A stretch of 64,000 nt of DNA from NCBI RefSeq assembly GCF_036321535.1, contig NC_087438.1, positions 11,720,001-11,784,000 on the forward strand, read 5' to 3'. Source of the DNA: Camelus dromedarius (taxonomy: Eukaryota). The translations under genes and the position numbers were made by a program. Shown here one piece after another: positions 54,179 to 64,000 of this stretch (its first letter is position 1; the number at the start of each line of letters is the position of its first letter). Below the pieces are notes generated by a model. That model made no database searches. It saw only the letters and a program-made list of their open reading frames with translations, and had not been told where the DNA came from.

Positions 54179-54781
54179 AGAAAACACTCAGAGGAAACTG
54201 TAGACAAGGTGCAATTTAAACATACAGACGCAGATGCAGTGTTGGGTAGGAGAAAAGAAAGGCTTTCTAAGCAAAGGGAGCTCTGAATGGAAGCAGAGCA
54301 AACATTTGGAACATGTGAGGGATCTATAAAACTTATAACCACGGGGAAAGTAAGGTGGGACCAGATGGTATTTGGTATTTTGGTAGTTTTTTTAATTTGA
54401 CTTTGTTTTCTCATGAAGAGAATAGTACATCTGATTTCCCAAATGACTTACATTGGTTTATTGATCAGGTAATAACATTCTACATAATGTTTAGGAATGT
54501 AAAAAATATTAACTTATGTGTCCAACTAAACATGATTCTAACATTTTGAGAATTATGTTTTGCAATTTTGTAGTATATCAATTCGAACAGAATTTCTAAG
54601 GTTTTTAGATAACATTACATCTTAGATTATAACTAAACTAAGTTAGTTAATGAAGTGTCTTTGAATATCAGGACAATTTCTTTGTCAGACAGAACACTGA
54701 AACATAGGTAAGTAAGCATTGTATACACACACAATATTTGTATATACCAAATATACACATCCCATTACATATATTATATAC

Positions 54782-54971
54782 ATGTAACTCTGCTTCAGCA
54801 ATCTGTGAAAACCAGAAGAGGCTAGGGAAGCTCAAATGATTCCAGATATGATGATGGACGAGGGACACCAGGACACCTGCCCCCCCCCCAAGAAGAATGG
54901 GTGGAATTAATTGACTGCATGGCCTTAATCCTCCTCCAATGGCTGGTAGATGAGGAAGGTAAATGTCTGCT
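54782..54971 (-). pseudogene. Pseudo-exon, best GREB1 match
   Basis: cttcttag acceptor; HWRRIK...PRPSSYLESFELP*PLLVFT vs GREB1 MWQKIE...WRPQTYLELEGLPCILIFS. Confidence 0.8.
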
Positions 54972-55100
54972 CTAAGAAGCAGACAACTGGACATGCACGT
55001 TCATAGCAGAAGGAAACCATCAAGAAACAGAGTACTGACCACACCACTGGACACGCAGATGAATGTGTCTGTCTAAACGAGGGTTGCTTTGTGTCCTTAC

Positions 55101-55296
55101 AAATGAATGAGGTCTTGCTGGAATATATCTATACACACACACATCCCAGAGGTATAGCATTCTAAGTATTCTATAGCTTAGAAAAATAAAGAGCAAGAGT
55201 GTCTCGAGTTGGGATTCTCATTAGCGCAGAAGCAGAAAACTTCGTGAAAGCAGAGGGCTAATCCGAGATCCTCAGCATAGGAGTTATTACACAGGA
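55101..55296 (-). pseudogene. Pseudo-exon
   Basis: ttccttcag acceptor, gtaagg donor; one frame with a single stop (LCNNSYAEDLGLAL...F*AIEYLECYTSGMCVYRYI); phase 0 end fits next exon. Confidence 0.55.
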
Positions 55297-56967
55297 CTGA
55301 AGGAATTGATGAGTGAATGGTGTTAGCATTGATTTCAATGTTCCATTTTCTCACAGACTTAAAATAGAGTCTATTCTCTTTCTTTCTTCTTCTGCTATCC
55401 AAGTTCAGGGAGAAAGTTATTCTGCCAAGACTCTCCCTCCCCTCAGCGCATTTCCTTCCATCCCCAAAACACTTCCCCTTGTTTTTCCTGCACCCCATTC
55501 ATAATGCCTATGGCCAAGAGATATTGACCAGGACACAGACTGGCTTGAAAAGAACCCAAGTTTGGGGTACTCAACTGATGAGATTCCATCCAGACCTCTG
55601 CTGTCTGGACTAGTGTATTTCCAAAGACCACCAGCCTCATTGTATGATGGTTATTATCTAAACGTCCTTCTCTCACAAAAGAAAAAATATATTTTGGAAA
55701 ACAATTTTTTCATTTTTCTATAATTTGACATAAAAACAGAAGTTATTTCAAATGAAATAATTTATAGAAAACCCTTCTTTTGAGGGATATTCAAGTTTAT
55801 TAATAAGATAATCATCATAGTAAGTCATTATAATGACAAAGCAGAAAACACCTGCTGCTTTTCTTAGGCTTCCGATATGAGGATTCCAGCCTCACAGTTA
55901 TTTTTTAACTCTTTTTCCTTTCTTACCAGCCCTTCCCATCCCATAAACACATTCAAGTGTTTGACCTACTACTGAATTAGCATACCTATTTCCGCCTGAT
56001 TCTCCATTCCTACTGCCACAATTTAGCTAAAATCAGAATTACATTGAACTTCATGTGCTGATATTGTCCTGACCCATCTGCTTTACCCCAGTCACATCCC
56101 TCCTTCAACCTTACTTCCCTCATCCCATTCCCAATAGTCCGCAGCCTTAATTACCCACACAAAATCTAGCTATAATCATACAACTACTCTGCTCACAGAT
56201 TAAAACTCAAATCTTATCACGGAATTACAAGACCATCTACCATCTGGTCCCACCTTACTTTCCCCTTGTTTTAAATCTTATAGATCCCTCTCACTTTCCA
56301 AACATTCTCTTTGCTTCTGTTCAGAGTTCCCTTTGCTTAGAAAGCCTTTCTTTTCTCCCACCCAGCACCCCATCTGCATTTGCATGTTTAAATTAAACAT
56401 TGTCCACAATTTCCTGTAAGATTGTTTTCTGATCCTTCTTCTTATGTCTGTTGAGAAAAATTGTCTAAAGCTTTCCTGGTCCCTGGAAACACTGATTGTA
56501 ACCTTCTGCTCTGTGTAAGATCATTTACTCCTCCCCCTTTCTGCTTGGTGTCAATGGATTTCTTTGAACCAACACTGTCTCTACATTGATCGTTAAGCTT
56601 TAATTCTTGTAGGAGAGTTAGAATACTTTTTTCTGTTTCCCATTATCTCCACTGATTTTTTGCGGGGGGGATTCAGGATTTAGAATGACATCACCAAGAA
56701 ATGTCATTTAGGAATTCCCGCATGAAAACACTACTTCCACAGTGTCATGTGTAATAGGCTCATATAAAGATTATTTAATTATCTCAGAGAACACCTGCAT
56801 TTGACTTGGCTGTTTACAATTAATTAAAGACTTAGACTCTGTGAAATTATGTTTTCTTGTGCATTTTACTCTGGTAGAAAACATAATTCTCAATGTTATG
56901 ATTTACTGCCCTGTAGACCTTAACCAATTTTGCATCTAACCTACCTGGCATATTCTAACATTCTTTT

Positions 56968-57604
56968 TTTTAAAATTGAAGTACAACCAGTTACAATATG
57001 TCAATTTCTGGTGTACAGCACAATGTCCTAGTCATACATATACGTATACATATATATATATTCATTTTCATATTCTTTTTCATTAAAAGTTATTACAAGA
57101 TACTGAACATAGTTTCCTGTGCTATACAGAAGAAACTTTTTTTAACTCTATTTTTATATATAGTGGCTAACATTTGTAAATCTCAAAGTCCCAGATTTTT
57201 ATCTTCCCACCCCCTTTCCCCGGTAACCATAAGATTGTTTACTATGTCTGTGAGTCTGTTTCTGTTTTGTAGATGACTTCATAATGTCTTTTTTTTTTTT
57301 TCAGATTCCACGTATAAGTGATATCATATGGTATTTTTCTTTCTTTTTCTGGCTTACTTTATTTAGAATGACAATCTCTAGGTCCATCCGTGTTGCTGCA
57401 AATGACATTATTTTATTCTTTTTTATGGCTGGGTAGTATTCCACTGTATAAATATTCCACAACTGCTTTATCTATTCATCTGTTGATGGACATTTAGGTT
57501 GTTTCCATGTCTTGGCTATCGTAAATAGTGCTGCTATGAACATTGGGGTGCATGTATCTTTTTGAATTAGACTTCACTCCAGATATATATATATATATAT
57601 GTAT
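56968..57604 (-). mobile_element. 5'-truncated L1 with 18-bp TSD
   Basis: atattctaacattctttt at 56950-56967 and 57605-57622. Confidence 0.9.
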
Positions 57605-57779
57605 ATATTCTAACATTCTTTTCTCAAAGTGCCAATAAAGACCCAGTTCCTCAAAATGCTCTTTGGATCAGCTTTATCAATTTAATGGGCTCCTCATGAA
57701 TGACTTAATAAAACTCTAACTCATGTCATTCCATATTTGCATGAGAATCATTTTTTTAACTTTTTTTTAGAAATTATAC

Positions 57780-58173
57780 TTTAACACTATCATTTGGCAG
57801 TGCTTTATATGATTCCTCTTAATTTCCACAAATCTGCTTCACTCGTGGTTTTCTGTGCTACTCATTCTATTAAACTCTCAGCTCCTGGATGGCAGGGCCC
57901 TGGAAAATTTCGTGTTTGAATTCTCTAGAGACTTTATACAGTGTCTTACTAAAGGCAGATGCCCAATATCTGATAAATCTAAGGGAAAGTATAAATGAAA
58001 AACTGACTCTTTTATAAGAAACCATTGTAATTGGCAAAGTTGTTTTTAAATATCTATTCAAAAGCATAGATTCCTTCCATATACTTTACAAGAAACAAGA
58101 CTCCAGAAGCCCTCAATGAGCATGCTAGATTTGGTATATTCTTTTAATTTAAAAAAAGTTGTCATCTAAAGAG
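57780..58173 (-). pseudogene. Pseudo-exon(s)
   Basis: SLDDNF..SLRASGVLFLVKYMEGIYAF vs RYDSSF..VIRTFVLVQHYAAALMAV; ends KHCQMIVL(K)|gt vs GHGLMVLLR; strong internal acceptor at 57979-57980. Confidence 0.6.
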
Positions 58174-58429
58174 CTATAATTATCACTAAGGGGAAAGACC
58201 CAGTATCTTCAATACCATGCCTTTAATATTTGTTCTTATAAATAACAAATCATGTCACTCAAAGTAAGTGATCATAAGTAATAAAAAACAATAATCACTG
58301 AAAGCACATTGGAAAATTTCCAACATAATTTTTGTATAACAAAACAAAGCTCTCTGATTACTGTTTTAAAACAATGATTGCAATCATTTCATGTCTTTCT
58401 TTTTTAAAACTTCACTTTACATAAAGTTC

Positions 58430-58940
58430 TCGAAGCCTGAGACCACCTGAGCCAACCAACATAACTCGGCATTGAGACTGAGAACCAAGAATTACCTGGA
58501 GCATTGAGTCCATGTTAACATGACCCAGTTGCTCCAGGTAATTCATGCCCAAGAAAATAAGACTGTAAACCAATAATTAACTTCACCATTTGCTTCAGGA
58601 AATCCTTGCAAGCCAATTTATCAAGGCAAACAATTTGCTCATCTGGACAAACAGCTCTCCCATCAAAATGAGTTGCTTACTTTATGCACATAGTTTGCTC
58701 ATTAGAACCTTCCTTTGCTATGGTCACCAATCCTATATTTTCATGTCCTGGGCCTTAACCAATCCTACTCGGTTCCTATGTTGAAAGAGCATCTTAAACA
58801 CTTGGTCCAAACCTTAAACCCTTATGAATAAAAATCTCCTTCCCTAACTTCTTTCTTTTAAGATAAGGTAATGATCTCCTTTGCAGCAGGAAGTTTAGTG
58901 AATTTGGCTTTGCTTAGTCAACTGATCTTGGGCAAGACAT
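58430..58940. mobile_element. Old ERV LTR-like element
   Basis: accaatc boxes; aagtttagtgaatttggctttgct..tcttggg..gaca end. Confidence 0.45.
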
Positions 58941-59864
58941 GCAATATCACGGGAGAATTATTTAGTACTTAAAAAACTAAGGTAGTAGTGAACTTCATGA
59001 TCGTTTTCAATTATTCTTTTGTAAGTTGCTAATACTGAATACTGCATGTTAAAAGACAGAGTTAGACCACTTAAGGATGCTTCGAGTTTATAGATAAACA
59101 ATGTCATAGAAATGTAATCTGAACTGTGCTAGGCAAGTGGTGTGTCCGTCTTGTGCTTCTATAGGACCATGCAATGCCTCCCATAAGGAAGATGGAAACA
59201 TGAATGAGTTCTAAAATGTTTGGGCAATCCATATTACCCACTCAATATTTACTGCTCAGAATTGGCTCCAGGCAAAATTTTGGAACAGACACAGTGAAAT
59301 TTATCAGTGAAATTTCCATTTTCCTTTCTTTGTAGTTTTTCTTCTCTCCATTCTTTCAGGAAACCAAAACCTTCCTGTCGGCTTCCCGCTTCTGTCACTC
59401 ACTGGCCGGGACCTTATCAGTTATTCACACCTGCTATGACTGGGTTTCCACCGAGGCTGATCTTCCCCGCTTCCTCTCATCCCCTGCCTTAAATGCAGCC
59501 ATTTACCTGTGCTGTCTCCTCCATTCTACATTCTCTCGAGGTATTTTCACTGGAAATTATTTTCGTCTATTGAGAAAATAAAAAGACTTATCCCAAGCTA
59601 AAGGAATTTTAGAAAAAAAAACTAAGAAAACTTTGGCAGGACGAGGGAATTCCTTACATTCATTTGTTTTCATGTGTCCTTGTAGTTTGTAAGAAAGCCC
59701 GGTTTTACTGACACTGACACTATTGTAGTGGAATGGGCAAAAATACCCGGTAAGAAGAGTAAGTTAAGATACTGTAAGAAGCAACAAAATAAATCCAGAG
59801 GGTGTGACATTCTGGAGGATGACATCAACAATTCAGTGTCATGGAAAAGAATCGTTTTCTAGAT

Positions 59865-60070
59865 CAGGAGTCAGCAAATCTTTTCTGCAAAGTGCCAGAC
59901 AGTAAATATTTTAGACTTTGTGGACCACACGGCCTCTGTCACAACGACTAAATTCTGTCTTTATAGAGTGAAAGCGGCCGTGGACAACACTTAAATAAAT
60001 GAAAGTCTCTGTGTTCCCATAAAACTTTAGTTACAAAAACAGGCAACTTGATGGATTTGGCCTACAACCC
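59865..60070. mobile_element. MER58A
   Basis: caggagtcagcaaatcttttctgcaaagtgccagacagtaaatatttt. Confidence 0.8.
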
Positions 60071-60449
60071 GTCTAGATTACAGGCTTAAAACAGCAGGAT
60101 ACAATATATACAGTACTGATTGAGATTCTTCTCGGAAAAGCCAAGATGTAAAGACAGTTTGGATAGAATTGGGGCAATTTGATATGATTTGGATACTAGA
60201 TGAGATAATTTTACTTACATGGAAAAATAGGAAATGTTAACTAACAAAAAGATCACTCCCTACACACTGTACATCAAACTATTTCATTTGTCAAAAAGTG
60301 CATATGTATAAAATCTAAAGCTATATTCATTATAGTGCTTTTTGTGTTGGGAATATAATGTTTTAGATTCCTTATTTTTATTTTAAATTTTTTACAATTT
60401 ATATTCACTGATATTGCAGTAGTAAAAATTCATTTTTAATTAAGAAAAG

Positions 60450-60754
60450 ACAGAAGATAATTATATACTCAAAATCTTAAACAAATTAGTATATTCCTCA
60501 AGTGATGAAAATGAAGAAAGACTTAAAATTGCAGCTTTTAATTTTTGTAGAATTTTTATGATAGGAATATAAATAAGCCAATCTTATTTTAACATGTATT
60601 TTGTAGAATGAACTAAAACCAAGATGATTCCACAAATAAATGTCTTCAATGGTTTTAGATTTCATTTCTAATTTTTGATGGTTTTTGGAACTGTCCTCAA
60701 GAGAATGAGAAATAGACTTTACACAAACTTGTGACTTATAAATCACATTTATTA
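60450..60754 (-). pseudogene. Probable pseudo-exon (donor not resolved)
   Basis: EDIYLWNHLGFSSF, or SFSSLEEY in another frame, resembles DLYHENKKYFGLSEF; overlaps ORF 60498-60746. Confidence 0.4.
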
Positions 60755-61130
60755 CTGCCCATAGGAAATTTCATGCTTAATGTATGCAGTGAATTATGTG
60801 TGGCAATAAATGTGTGTCATTACAATATATATATATAGCTATTAACTCTGGATTTTACATTTTATTAAAGGAATTCGGTAATGCATTTCTAAGTGGTTGT
60901 CATTTAGCATATCTGAGACTAAATTTATACAAGGTAAGTGTTTCTGAGTAAAGTATATTATTTGCCTCAATTAGTTTTTGATTTTTTAAAATTTATTTCG
61001 ATCTTACTGTAATAACTTTGAGACTATAAATGCAATATTTGCATAAGCACATTTGCTTGGGGTCAGGCACTTCACATAAAAATGTAGTAGAGAGTTAAAA
61101 GAGTCCCCAGGTCAGATGATGACAACTCAC

Positions 61131-61283
61131 CGTACAAGTGCTAAGGGTGCTTTCCCCACACCACGGAATAGTGGTTTCCACACCAGTACAACGAATCTTC
61201 TTAGATAACACGTTAGACCTCTGTGGACGTCCATTTCCTCACTGAAATGAGCAAATTTTGATGATCGAAAGGCTCACTTAGAG
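61131..61283 (-). pseudogene. Pseudo-exon
   Basis: atatcag acceptor, gtgagt donor; phase fits upstream exon; DHQNLLISV / SNVLSKKIRCTGVETTIPW loosely resembles EAPNIVTLHV...PYALQTQHTLISPYNEIHW. Confidence 0.55.
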
Positions 61284-62029
61284 CTGATATGCTAAAGCTT
61301 ACTAATTGTGTATCACTCATTCTTCTTTCATTTTCCTTTTTTTTTTTTTTTGATGGATGAAAGAATAAACACTACAATAAACACAGGGTAGCTGGCTCCT
61401 TGTCCCCCAGCCCCAAAGCTCTCATGTCATCCTCTATTTGTCCAAAGCCACCCTTCTCAACCCTGCCATCCTTCTGTCCTGAGAGGTCAGGTTCTGGTTT
61501 GCTCTTTTGCCAGCTCTCCAGGGCCCGCCTGGTCTCTCCATTTGCATCCCTACATGCACAACTGAAGAATGATTGTAAGTTTCCTCTCCGGCATCCTCTT
61601 CTGAAAAGTCTCTGTACCTGGTGAACTCAGGCTAAGGTCAGATATGACGGCAAGGGCAATAGGTTGGGGTTGTAAACCCTGATTGTCAAACCTTAAATCT
61701 CATGCTGTTAAGCTTTACACAATGAGACCACCACACTAGGAATTCTTCAATTCTTCTCCCAATTGCCCTCTTCCAGCCTGTGCTCCAGTTTCTATTTTGT
61801 TCCTTTGACAACTTAGCCCATGAGCAATCCATATCTAGTTATTTGACACTTGGAGCAGATAATTTTTAATGGCCCTCTCCTCTATAAGTAAAAAATAATC
61901 ATAATGGCCAGAATAGCAAAAGAGACAGTGAAAATTTTCTCTTATAAAGCTTTGCATGTACAATCCTGCCACAAGATTAAAATTATAAAAAAAAATAAAA
62001 TTGCAGTAGAAAATGGGAAAAAAAATTAC

Positions 62030-62407
62030 TGTTTGAGTTGAATTGTGTCTCCTCAAAAGATATGGTTCCAGGGCCATCTTGGAAGATGTAATTAAGTGAA
62101 GCATCTCAAAATGAGATTATTCTGGATTAACTGGATGACCCCTAAATCCAATAATAAATGTCCTTACAAGAAGAAAGAAACACACAGACACAGGGGAGAA
62201 GGCTATAAGAAGATGGAGGTGGACACTGGAAGGACTGCCAGCGGCCATAAGAATCCAGGAGAGGCATGGAACAGATCTGCTCTCAGAGCCCTGGAAAAGA
62301 ATCGTCCCTGCCAACAGCTTGATTTCAGATTTCTCGCCCCCAGAGCTGGGAGAAAATAAATGCCTGTTGTTTTAAGCCACCCAGTTTGTGGTAGGAAACT
62401 AATACAG
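62030..62407 (+). mobile_element. MLT1 LTR
   Basis: gttgaattgtgtctcc..tttaagccacccagtttgtggta..aaactaataca. Confidence 0.8.
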
Positions 62408-62474
62408 TCCTGAATCAGTACTTTTTATTACAAAAAATATATTCTTTGAAAAAGGACAAAAGATTTGTGCCTAC

Positions 62475-62695
62475 ATATTGATCTATCACAGTCATGAATA
62501 ATAGCAAAACAGTTTCTATTTTCAAACCTTGATTTTGCAAATTTTGTCAATGACTTCATCATATCGATCTTCATGCATCCATATTCCAAACACAGCATAA
62601 TCAGATCTGTCCATCTTTTCTCAAACATAGTTAATTGAATCACACTTTTTATTTATTTTCTTTTAGAAGGGTGTCTTTCACATTAAGCCACAGAC
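62475..62695 (-). pseudogene. Pseudo-exon with Walker-B-like motif
   Basis: ctaac branch-like site and tag acceptor, gtaggc donor; removing one T gives KLFAIIHD vs GREB1 TLFVLIHD. Confidence 0.65.
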
Positions 62696-62959
62696 CTATA
62701 AGTAGTTAGAAAAAGTCTTAAATGCAAGAATAAGCTTGGTACAGATCCATTAAAATCCTATTTCACAATAAATTCCAGAAACCACAATGCTCTCCATGTC
62801 TTTGCTATCCTTTCTATCAGCTTTTAAATGTCTCCCCTTCACCAAAAAATAAATAAATAAATAACAGAAATAAAAACTCCAAGTGGTCACATAGGGAGGC
62901 AGAATTACAGTATCTCAAGTTTCATCAGGGCTCTCACTGTTCACTTTGAATCTATTTAC

Positions 62960-63159
62960 ACACAAGAGCACGCGATACCAGAGGGGTAGAAGACACCAAC
63001 CTTACACCTGCAGAGAGCCCCAGCAATTCCTGAAGCTTTACTCCAAAAGGAATGTGAGACTCCAAGTCTTGTCTGTGGTGCAAGCTGACTGTATAACTGA
63101 ATTCTCCAATTTGGAGAATACATTTGTCGTTCAAGGAGAGAGAATTTAAGTGTGCTAAT
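62960..63159 (-). pseudogene. Pseudo-exon
   Basis: cttcag acceptor, gtaaat donor, open frame LAHLNSLSLNDKCILQIGEFSY...LVSRALV; phase matches next exon. Confidence 0.55.
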
Positions 63160-63208
63160 CTGAAGCACCTTTTAACAGTGGTAAGCACAGCAAATGTTTA
63201 GATCTTAC

Positions 63209-63395
63209 ACCAAGACCACATTTGGGGTGGGGAGGAATAATAGATGATCTCTGACGTGGGTTGGAGTTGGCGATGCGTGGTGATAACATAGAGCAGACCA
63301 ACCTTTAGTCCAGCGCGATTACTGTTTACAAGTTCTCTGTGGGCAATGTACACTCTGATTTCCTGCACCCTGAGTGGACCTCTCCCAATCCCCAT
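63209..63395 (-). pseudogene. Pseudo-exon (3' boundary uncertain)
   Basis: Pyrimidine tract then AG; open frame GLKVGLLYVITTHRQLQPT resembles FEKVDFLICIPPSEVTYQQT; following intron only 49 nt and phase-incompatible. Confidence 0.4.
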
Positions 63396-63434
63396 CTTTG
63401 GCCATTGTCAGAAAGGGTAAGAAAAAGATGGACG

Positions 63435-63745
63435 TTGGATTCATTCCCTAGGGCTTGCTATAACGAAGTGTCACCAACTGGGTGGCTTAAAACAACAGAA
63501 ATTGCCTCCCTCCGATCTCTGCCTCTGTCCTCACACGGTGCTCTCCCCATGTGTCTGTGCTTGCGTCCAGGTTTTCCTCTTTTCACAAGGACAACGGTCA
63601 TTTTGGACTAAGTCCCACTGTAGGACCTCATCTTAACTCAGTTATATCTGCCAAGACCCTACTGCCAAATAAGGTCACATTCCCAGGTTCCAGGGGTTAG
63701 GATTTCAACATATGTTTCGGAGGGGACACAATTCAACACACAACA
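63435..63745 (-). mobile_element. MLT1 LTR
   Basis: aactgggtggcttaaaacaacagaaatt...ggggacacaattcaac. Confidence 0.8.
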
Positions 63746-63771
63746 GAAGTTGACAATTTCTCAGCGCTTAC

Positions 63772-63912
63772 TAACTGTGAAGCAGTTTGCTTTCTGTTTG
63801 GTGGAGAGATCACCTGGAGTAGCTTCTTACTGACCCTGCAGATGATTCATTGAGACGATAGCAATTCCTTTTTAGTGGCAATATACTCACGGGTGTACAT
63901 CCTTTTTTATAC
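63772..63912 (-). pseudogene. Pseudo-exon
   Basis: ctttcttacatag acceptor, gtaagc donor, 141 nt; V*KRMYTREYIATKKELLSSQ*IICRVSKKLLQVIS resembles GREB1 FQLAVAQKLLSHVCS. Confidence 0.55.
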
Positions 63913-64000
63913 CTATGTAAGAAAGATGTTTAAAAAAAAACCTTGAATTTGGATTTCTTTAAGCCATTTAAAAAAGAGTCATGAAATTTTGTCTCATTCA

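Larger units (their letters stand above)
11308..63912 (-). pseudogene. Intron-containing pseudogene of a divergent GREB1/GREB1L-family gene (permuted SF2-helicase-like region plus TAGT glycosyltransferase); 5' part lies beyond the window
   Basis: About 23 minus-strand AG...GT segments in non-repeat DNA, many consecutive pairs phase-compatible; translations match recalled GREB1 motifs colinearly; many stops and frameshifts. Confidence 0.8.

Noticed and set aside
11308..63912. Calling the locus GREB1 or GREB1L, a functional gene, or a retrocopy
   Set aside because: Similarity is far too low for these conserved genes, disablements are pervasive, and introns are present

Overview
AT-rich, repeat-dense eutherian genomic DNA, probably camelid (inferred from a short tRNA-derived SINE and the L1 3' ends). 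There is no intact protein-coding gene, and most listed ORFs are repeat-derived or chance. Between the repeats, the minus strand carries about 23 decayed exon candidates with AG/GT boundaries, many phase-compatible, from ~63.9 kb to a terminal exon with stop and poly(A) signal at ~11.3 kb. Their translations, read through stops and frameshifts, match motifs of GREB1/GREB1L in the same order: a Walker-B-like IIHD, RPxxYLExxxLP, a late Walker-A-like motif, a TAGT glycosyltransferase core with a DDS-like motif, and a C-terminal LYL/KGAT region. I interpret this as an unprocessed pseudogene of a divergent third GREB1-family paralog, with an extra internally repeated insert and a 5' end outside the window. 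GREB1 comparisons were made by eye against remembered sequence and need a real search. Repeat family names and boundaries are approximate.
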